From assembly GCA_002299585.1 (NCBI GenBank), contig DBOE01000088.1, forward strand, positions 1 through 47,136: a DNA stretch of 47,136 bases, in the 5' to 3' direction. A model generated the notes under the pieces. The model ran no database searches, had not been told where the DNA came from, and saw nothing but the letters and a program-made list of their open reading frames with translations. This DNA comes from Hydrogenovibrio sp. UBA654 (GTDB lineage Bacteria; Pseudomonadota; Gammaproteobacteria; Thiomicrospirales; Thiomicrospiraceae). The position numbers and the translations under genes were made by a program. Of the stretch, positions 41,630 to 47,136 are shown in pieces. Numbering within the stretch: the stretch's first letter is position 1; the number at the start of each line of letters is the position of its first letter.

Positions 41630-42985
41630 ATGTCTAAAGTATCACTAATTAATGATAAAACTAAAATTTGTGAAAAGCTATTAACTGCCGTTAACGAACA
41701 AAATAACACCTATATTCAAAAGATTATAAGCTCATTAGTTCCTGAAGAAATTGCCGAAATTCTTGAAGCTACCCCACCACAAGAAAGACACGAGCTATGG
41801 CTATATATATCCCGAGAAATTCAAGGCGATGTACTAGTCCACACTAATGATGAAGTAAAAACATCACTACTAGAACAACTAAATAATAAAGAAATATTTG
41901 AATTAACTGAAAAACTAGCTACTGATGATATAACTGATATTGCCCAAGCAATAACAGAAAAAGAACGCCAACATATATTATCTAATTTAGATACTAACAT
42001 AAGAGCTGCTGTAGAAACATCTCTAAGATATCCAGAAGATACTGCTGGTGGGTTAATGAGTGCCGATTTTATATCAATTCGTTCTAATGTATCCCTAGAA
42101 GTAGTATTAAGACTATTAAGAAAAATAGGTTCAATACCTGATTCAACTAACCATCTTTTCATAACTAACAGAGTTGGTTTATATCAAGGAATACTCCCTA
42201 TAACAAAGCTAATTACTAGTGATGAGGAGCTTTTAGTATCGGCAGTAATGGAGCAAAAACCAGCAATTCAAGCCAACACAGACTCATCGCAAGTAGCCCA
42301 CCTATTCGAGAAAAAAGATTTAATTTCTGTAGCCGTAACCGATGAAAATAACCTACTACTTGGTCGTATAACTATTGATGATGTAGTTGATATAATCCGT
42401 GAAGAAGTGGAAAGAAACCAAATGGCAAGTGCAGGTTTAAATGAAGAAGACGATCTATTTGCTCCACCAGTAAAATCAACTAAGCGTCGTACCCCTTGGC
42501 TAGGCTTAAATCTACTAACTGCTATTTTTGCCTCAATCGTAATTGGAGTATTTGAAGCAACTATCCAACAAATAGTCGCCTTGGCAATACTAATGCCTAT
42601 TATCGCTAGCATGGGAGGAATAGCAGGCACACAAACTGCCACTATAGTGATAAGAGCTTTAGCAACTGGAAAATTAAGTTTTCAAAACAGCCAGCATTTG
42701 TTATTTAAAGAAGCAGGAGTAGGCATGTTAAATGGAATTATATGGGCCATAATAACTGGCTTGGCGACTAGCTTATGGTTTAATAATGGGTCATTAGGTA
42801 CAATATTTGGTATAGCAATGTTAATAAACCTAATTGTTGCTTCTCTAGCAGGAGCCTTGATTCCTCTAATGTTAAATAAACTAAAAATAGACCCAGCACT
42901 AGCGGCAGGGCTAATACTAACTACAGTTACCGACACTATAGGTTTCTTTATTTTCTTAGGTTTAGCTACAATGATACTTGTCTAA
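41630..42985 (+). CDS. mgtE: Magnesium transporter MgtE
   Basis: YPEDTAGGLM, GRITIDD, R.PWL, MGG.AGTQ, DPALA, TTVTD. Confidence 0.96.
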   Translation: MSKVSLINDKTKICEKLLTAVNEQNNTYIQKIISSLVPEEIAEILEATPPQERHELWLYISREIQGDVLVHTNDEVKTSLLEQLNNKEIFELTEKLATDDITDIAQAITEKERQHILSNLDTNIRAAVETSLRYPEDTAGGLMSADFISIRSNVSLEVVLRLLRKIGSIPDSTNHLFITNRVGLYQGILPITKLITSDEELLVSAVMEQKPAIQANTDSSQVAHLFEKKDLISVAVTDENNLLLGRITIDDVVDIIREEVERNQMASAGLNEEDDLFAPPVKSTKRRTPWLGLNLLTAIFASIVIGVFEATIQQIVALAILMPIIASMGGIAGTQTATIVIRALATGKLSFQNSQHLLFKEAGVGMLNGIIWAIITGLATSLWFNNGSLGTIFGIAMLINLIVASLAGALIPLMLNKLKIDPALAAGLILTTVTDTIGFFIFLGLATMILV

Positions 42986-43054
42986 CCACAATAAGATTTT
43001 ATTATGATACTAGGCGAACCTCTTAAATAACTAAAATAAACATGAGATATATTT

Positions 43055-43858
43055 ATGAATAAAAATACCCATCCTAACTTTCCAGATTTAAAAAACAAAA
43101 GAATTCTAATTACTGGTGCATCTAGTGGAATTGGTAAAGGTATGGCGAGAGTATTAGCGAATGCTGGTTGTCTATTAGTTTTACACTACAATAGTAATAA
43201 TGATGGAATTAAGCAGACTTTAGAGTCTGTTCTTAAATTAGGTATTGAGGCTGAAGTGTTAAAGTGTGATTTTAGTAACCTAGAGAAGGTGCAGGATTTT
43301 TTTACTAATGCTTGGCAAATATATGATGGTTTAGATGGTTTAGTTAATAATGCTGGAGTAATCACTAAATCCCTTAGCTTGGAAGATTTTATTGCCACTC
43401 AATTTAATAAAACCTTAGCAGTAAATTTACAAGCTCCCTATTTATTAAGCGTGGCTTTTGCAAGTAATTGTAAAAAAATAGGCCAAAAAGGAGTAGTAGT
43501 TAATAATAGTAGCGTTCATGGTCAAGCTAGTTGCGAATGGTTTGCCGCCTACGCAGCCTCAAAAGCTGGTTTAGATGCTATGACAAAAGTTCATGCTGTT
43601 GAATGGGGTAAGTTTGGTGTTAGAGTTAATGCACTTTCTCCAGGAGTAGTACCAGTTGAAAGAACCTTCGATATATTACATAAACCTGAAATGATAGAGA
43701 AGTGGCTTGGCGCAATTTCTGTAGGCAAATATGGCACTGTTGAAGATATGGGTATGGCAACGGCTTATCTATTATCAGATGCTACTAAATGGATGACAGG
43801 ATCGATACTCACTATAGATGGAGGACTAATATCTAGAGGTAACTATCCTTATCGTTAA
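43055..43858 (+). CDS. Short-chain dehydrogenase/reductase
   Basis: TGASSGIG, NNAG, S-YAASK catalytic residues, IDGG. Confidence 0.93.
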   Translation: MNKNTHPNFPDLKNKRILITGASSGIGKGMARVLANAGCLLVLHYNSNNDGIKQTLESVLKLGIEAEVLKCDFSNLEKVQDFFTNAWQIYDGLDGLVNNAGVITKSLSLEDFIATQFNKTLAVNLQAPYLLSVAFASNCKKIGQKGVVVNNSSVHGQASCEWFAAYAASKAGLDAMTKVHAVEWGKFGVRVNALSPGVVPVERTFDILHKPEMIEKWLGAISVGKYGTVEDMGMATAYLLSDATKWMTGSILTIDGGLISRGNYPYR

Positions 43859-43863
43859 TTATT

Positions 43864-44556
43864 TTACCAATTAAGTTTTAGTCCGGATTGTTTAGAAATT
43901 TTAAGAATTTTTTGTTGATGTTTTGCTAATTCATCTTCATTTGCCATTAGAATTTTTAAAGTTGGATGCTCAGTAGATATTGTTTGATGTTTAGTTTTAT
44001 TTGTATACTCATCACCTTTTAATAATAGCTTAGTTTGCCCACCAGTCATAATTAAATAAACATCAGCAAGTATTTCTGAATCGAGCAAAGCTCCGTGTAA
44101 TGTTCGCTTAGAAGTGTCTATACCTAATCTTTTGCATAAAGCATCCAAGGAATTTCTTTGTCCTGGGTATGATTTTCTTGCCATCTTAAGGCTGTCGGTT
44201 ATTTGGCAATGGTCTTCAATTTTCCCCCATTTATTTGGGTAAAGTAATGATAGTTCATGATTTATAAAGCCAACATCAAAAGGAGCGTTGTGAATTATCA
44301 GCTCTGAACCAGCAACATATTCCATAAAGCTATCAACTATTTCTAAAAAAACAGGTTTGTCCTCTAAAAATTCAGTTGTAATACCATGCACCAAGATAGC
44401 ATCAGAGGGTACCTCTCTTTCTGGCTGAATATATTGATGGTAGTTATTGTTGGTTAGTTTTCTATCGATTAATTCAACGGCACCTATTTCAATAATTTTA
44501 TCGCCTGTTTTTGGATCAAAACCGGTGGTTTCAGTATCTAATAATATTTGGCGCAT
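43864..44556 (-). CDS. dnaQ: DNA polymerase III epsilon subunit
   Basis: DTETTG, HNAPFD, HGALLDSEILADVY..MTGGQTKL. Confidence 0.97.
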   Translation of the reverse strand: MRQILLDTETTGFDPKTGDKIIEIGAVELIDRKLTNNNYHQYIQPEREVPSDAILVHGITTEFLEDKPVFLEIVDSFMEYVAGSELIIHNAPFDVGFINHELSLLYPNKWGKIEDHCQITDSLKMARKSYPGQRNSLDALCKRLGIDTSKRTLHGALLDSEILADVYLIMTGGQTKLLLKGDEYTNKTKHQTISTEHPTLKILMANEDELAKHQQKILKISKQSGLKLNW

Positions 44557-44624
44557 TCTTAGTCAATTTCTTTTAAAATAGTGCCTAATTATAATTTATA
44601 TATAAATCTAAGGGTAAACAAAAA

Positions 44625-45050
44625 ATGAAAATACAAAAAGGTAGTGAAGTAACTTTCCATTATGAGTTAAGAGATGAAACAGGTAAGGTTATAGATTCAA
44701 CATTTGGTGGAGATCCCGTACATTATATTCACGGTAAAGCTGAAATTATTCTAGGCTTAGAGAATTTTTTTGAAAATGAAGAGCCTGGATTTACTGCTAA
44801 ATTAACCATAGACCCAGAAAATGCTTATGGCGTAAAAAGAGAGGACTTAATCGTTTTTGCAGGTCCGGAAAATTTTGAGGATAATGTTGAAGTAGAAATA
44901 GGTTCAATTGTAGAAACTGAAGATCCAGATGGTAATATTGTTGAATTTAGAATAACTAAAATTGAAGAAGACAAAGTTTATTTAGATGGAAACCACCCTT
45001 TAGCAGATAAAACGCTAGACTATAAAATAGAGATTATTGAAGTAGCTTAA
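44625..45050 (+). CDS. slyD: FKBP-type peptidyl-prolyl isomerase (SlyD-like, no His-rich tail)
   Basis: FHYEL, YIHG..II.GLE, PENAYG, LDGNHPLA. Confidence 0.85.
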   Translation: MKIQKGSEVTFHYELRDETGKVIDSTFGGDPVHYIHGKAEIILGLENFFENEEPGFTAKLTIDPENAYGVKREDLIVFAGPENFEDNVEVEIGSIVETEDPDGNIVEFRITKIEEDKVYLDGNHPLADKTLDYKIEIIEVA

Positions 45051-45069
45051 GGAGTCTCTGGTTAAGGAG
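45051..45069. repeat. Orphan MITE end(s)
   Basis: TTAA|GGAGTCTCTGG at the slyD stop codon, then a second TTAAGGAG. Confidence 0.55.
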
Positions 45070-45161
45070 AAGCTCCATAAGCGATGTAATTGCTCGATGC
45101 ATGTCTATAGTTTCATCTGAGAGTTCTTTTATTGGTTCAAAAAACAGCCTTCATTTGACAT
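45070..45161 (-). pseudogene. Encapsulated-ferritin-like (EncFtn/Flp) N-terminal remnant
   Basis: Reads MSNEG-(frameshift in T6)-FEPIKELSDETIDMHRAITSLME, matching the EncFtn start motif EPxxELSDETxDMHRAIxSLxEE; truncated at a MITE-like end. Confidence 0.8.
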
Positions 45162-45173
45162 TATATGCCTAGT

Positions 45174-45485
45174 TTAAGTGCTTAGTAATGCATCTCGAAT
45201 TTGCATATAAGCGATTAAAAACTCAAATAGCATACGCCAAAACATTTCCAAAAATAAAAAGATTACTATAAAGAATGATACAAACTTTAATTGCTGTTGT
45301 TTATCTAATGACTTCCAAAAAATTGCCTTACCATTTTCATATACAGTATTTATATACTTGTATTTTTGTATTAACCAGGAAAAGAACATCCAGATACCAA
45401 TAGGTAATATAAGTGCACCAATATAATAAAATACTATTAAAGCTTCGGTGCTAATAAAAGTTTTAAACGTAAGAAAATCTATCAT
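45174..45485 (-). CDS. Small membrane protein, DUF4282-like; cassette-like context
   Basis: FLTFKTFIS...FYYIG, RMLFEFLIAYMQIRDAL; two hydrophobic segments. Confidence 0.7.
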   Translation of the reverse strand: MIDFLTFKTFISTEALIVFYYIGALILPIGIWMFFSWLIQKYKYINTVYENGKAIFWKSLDKQQQLKFVSFFIVIFLFLEMFWRMLFEFLIAYMQIRDALLST

Positions 45486-45511
45486 CCATTAATGCCTTTG
45501 TTGTATTGCTT

Positions 45512-45585
45512 GCCTAACGCTTTGTTCAGCGGAAATTCAAAGTAGCACGTTTTTGCGAATGCAAAACAAGTGACGCTTTAAAATG
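45512..45585 (-). other. Truncated integron attC recombination site
   Basis: Minus strand ...CCGCTGAAC-AAAGC-GTTAGGC (L'-spacer-R', GTTRRRY). Imperfect hairpin with apex TTTTGC-GAAT-GCAAAA. The far arm is cut by an IS end at 45586. Confidence 0.7.
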
Positions 45586-45673
45586 TGATCTTCCCCCGCA
45601 AAAGTAGACAAATTAAAATTCATGTAGACATCATCTCATATTCCACGGGCGAACAATATGAAATTACTGAATG
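45586..45673 (-). mobile_element. 3' remnant of a second IS3-family element
   Basis: Terminal IR TGATCTTCCCCCGCAAAAGTAGACA. Minus-strand peptide HSVISYCSPVEYEMMST* parallels HSFLEYESPLNYE of the intact neighbouring OrfB. Confidence 0.8.
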
Positions 45674-45720
45674 AGTTAGCCCAAAGTAGTAATGTCCTGT
45701 TTTAGCAAAGTTAGAAGACC
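45674..45720. mobile_element. IS1202-like terminal remnant
   Basis: (A)GTTAGCCCAAAGTAGTAATGTCCTGTTTTAGCAAAGTTAGAA with repeated CAAAGT(T)AG modules; second copy at 15501-15533. Family assignment is from recalled end consensus. Confidence 0.5.
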
Positions 45721-45778
45721 CTATTTTGTCGTTCCCCCAAAAAACTGGACACTAAAATATACTATTTAGGAGTCCAAA

Positions 45779-46096
45779 ATGAACAGAAAATACACATCCT
45801 TCACCAAAGAGTTTAAAATTGAAACTTTACGCTTAGCTAGTCAACCTAATACCATCATTGCACACCTCGCAAGAGACTTAGGCATTCGTAGAAACATGAT
45901 CTATAAATGGAGACAACAATTGGATGCTAAACAAGATAAAGCCTTTAAAAGAACCGTTGCAGCTGAAAACTCAAAAACCAGAATGCTCAGTATGTCTGAA
46001 TTGCTAAAAGAAAATACTCGTTTGCAAAAAGACTTAAAACTAGCCGAATTGGAAAATGAAATCCTAAAAAAAGCACATGCTTACTTCGAGGAATAA
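45779..46096 (+). CDS. IS3 transposase OrfA (HTH and leucine zipper)
   Basis: FTKEFK, LARDLGI..IYKWR, ENEILKKA; AGGAG RBS. Confidence 0.93.
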   Translation: MNRKYTSFTKEFKIETLRLASQPNTIIAHLARDLGIRRNMIYKWRQQLDAKQDKAFKRTVAAENSKTRMLSMSELLKENTRLQKDLKLAELENEILKKAHAYFEE

Positions 46097-46968
46097 AAAG
46101 ACTAAGATTTAAGTTTTTTTACCAGCAACAACAAAACTACCCAATTGAACCATTATGCAACTGCCTAAATGTTTCAAAAAGTGGTTATTATTACTGGAAA
46201 AACACACCGATAAGTCAACGAAGTAAGCAAGACAACTATTTGTTAATGAAAATATTAGAAGCCTATAAACTGGGTCGCAAGCAATACGTCTCGCCAAGAA
46301 TTTACCAAGAACTTAAAGCAAACAAAGTCAATATAGACCTAAATAAGGTTGCTAAAATGATGCGAGATAATGGTATTTATGCAACTAATTCCATTAAGTT
46401 TAAAAAAGCCAAGATTGCTCGCAATACTAGAGGCTTTGCCTTAAATATTTTGAACCGAGATTTTAACTCAAGCAAACCCAACAAAAAATGGGTAAGTGAT
46501 ACGACCTTTATCTATACGAAACAAGGTTGGCTACATCTAGCGGTCATTATTGACCTTTACTCCCGTAAGGTTACAGGTTGGTCGATGAGTAAATATAACA
46601 ATGCGGCACTAGTTACAAAAGCGTTAAAAATGGCGACCCAAGCAAAGGATAATCAACAGAGGGTACTGCTTCATCCAGACCAAGGCTCTACTTATCGAGC
46701 AGACACTTACCTTGGTTGTTTTAAGGATAATAAAATAGACCAAAGTATGAGTCGAAAAGGTGAATGCCATGACAATGCAGTAGCAGAAAGATTTTTTAGC
46801 ACACTTAAGAATGAATTAGTTTATCAAACTAGTTATTTAACTAGAGAAGAGGCACAGAGCAGTATATTTGAATATATTGAAGTGTTTTATAACAAAATTA
46901 GACGGCATTCGTTTTTAGAGTACGAGTCACCTTTAAATTATGAAAGTGCTTATTATGATAAGATTTAA
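46066..46968 (+). CDS. IS3 transposase OrfB (DDE), fused to OrfA by a -1 frameshift
   Basis: A7G slippery site at 46066-46073. The -1 frame is open from there to 46968 and carries WVSD, DLYSR, HPDQGS, DNAVAE and YNKIRRHS. Confidence 0.92.
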   Translation, partial: KKSTCLLRGIKRLRFKFFYQQQQNYPIEPLCNCLNVSKSGYYYWKNTPISQRSKQDNYLLMKILEAYKLGRKQYVSPRIYQELKANKVNIDLNKVAKMMRDNGIYATNSIKFKKAKIARNTRGFALNILNRDFNSSKPNKKWVSDTTFIYTKQGWLHLAVIIDLYSRKVTGWSMSKYNNAALVTKALKMATQAKDNQQRVLLHPDQGSTYRADTYLGCFKDNKIDQSMSRKGECHDNAVAERFFSTLKNELVYQTSYLTREEAQSSIFEYIEVFYNKIRRHSFLEYESPLNYESAYYDKI

Positions 46969-47017
46969 CCATCCAGTTTTTTGGGGGAACTACACTTTGA
47001 CCCCTTTACTCTAATAT

Positions 47018-47136
47018 TTAAGGCTCAACTAAAGACAATAAAACCCTATCTCCCACTTTCGCATTTAAACTATTTTCAACCCACAAAGAACGCTCAACCG
47101 AAGGGGCAAACAAACTAGACAAAGAAGCCGTACCAC
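47018..47136 (-). pseudogene. rseC: RseC/MucC (SoxR-reducing system) family gene, 3'-truncated; 5' part outside the window
   Basis: (C)GTASLSSLFAPSVERSLWVENSLNAKVGDRVLLSLVEP* stops before the family's C-terminal TM helices. Confidence 0.65.

Larger units (their letters stand above)
45727..46994 (+). mobile_element. IS3-family insertion sequence, full length (1268 bp)
   Basis: IRL TGTCGTTCCCCCAAAAAACTGGA versus IRR reverse complement TGTAGTTCCCCCAAAAAACTGGA (22/23); orfA and orfB present; flanks ATTT and CTTT. Confidence 0.95.

Noticed and set aside
43010-43032. CTAG-GCGAACCTCTTAAATAA upstream of the SDR gene as a possible IS end
   Set aside because: Single occurrence with no partner inverted repeat in the window.
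741-43398. Many short antisense or overlapping ORFs in the ORF track (e.g. 741-995, 5181-5654, 7358-7828, 27160-27624, 37586-38056, 42268-42642)
   Set aside because: They are shadows of well-identified genes and show no recognisable motifs.
43864-44556. Defective proofreading (dnaQ) as the cause of the frameshifts
   Set aside because: The Exo I-III residues (DTE, FD, H..LLD) are all intact.
1-47136. CRISPR array, rRNA, tRNA (including metY upstream of rimP), prophage or defence operon
   Set aside because: No regularly spaced repeats, cloverleaf or T-loop motifs, or such proteins were seen, and intergenic gaps are short and otherwise explained.

Overview
AT-rich gammaproteobacterial chromosome segment. 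Gene content and order suggest a Thiotrichales/Thiomicrorhabdus-like lineage, which is an inference. About 45 kb is housekeeping: rimP-nusA-infB-rbfA-truB-(cNMP protein)-rpsO-pnp, acs, dnaE, aat-infA, clpS-clpA-pqiA, ffh, ypjD-corC-IMPase, radA, petABC, nif3, hisGD, murA-ibaG, mlaFEDCB plus an ABC pair, yrbG-kdsC-lptCAB-hpf-mgtE, an SDR, dnaQ and slyD. The notable signal lies between and inside these genes. (1) The cytochrome bc1 operon is selectively broken: petA has one frameshift, and petB has two, one of which is an apparent 8-nt deletion removing a heme-ligand His. (2) A family of TTAA-flanked, IS5-like miniature inverted-repeat elements (91-157 bp) sits at stop codons and synteny junctions. 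(3) The last 2 kb is a nested wreck: an encapsulated-ferritin-like gene remnant, a cassette-like DUF4282 gene behind a truncated attC site, an IS3 3' remnant, an IS1202-like end, a complete IS3 element and a truncated rseC. (4) Long poly-G tracts occur in Gly codons. Together these suggest ongoing genome erosion. No CRISPR array, rRNA, tRNA or complete novel multi-gene system was found.
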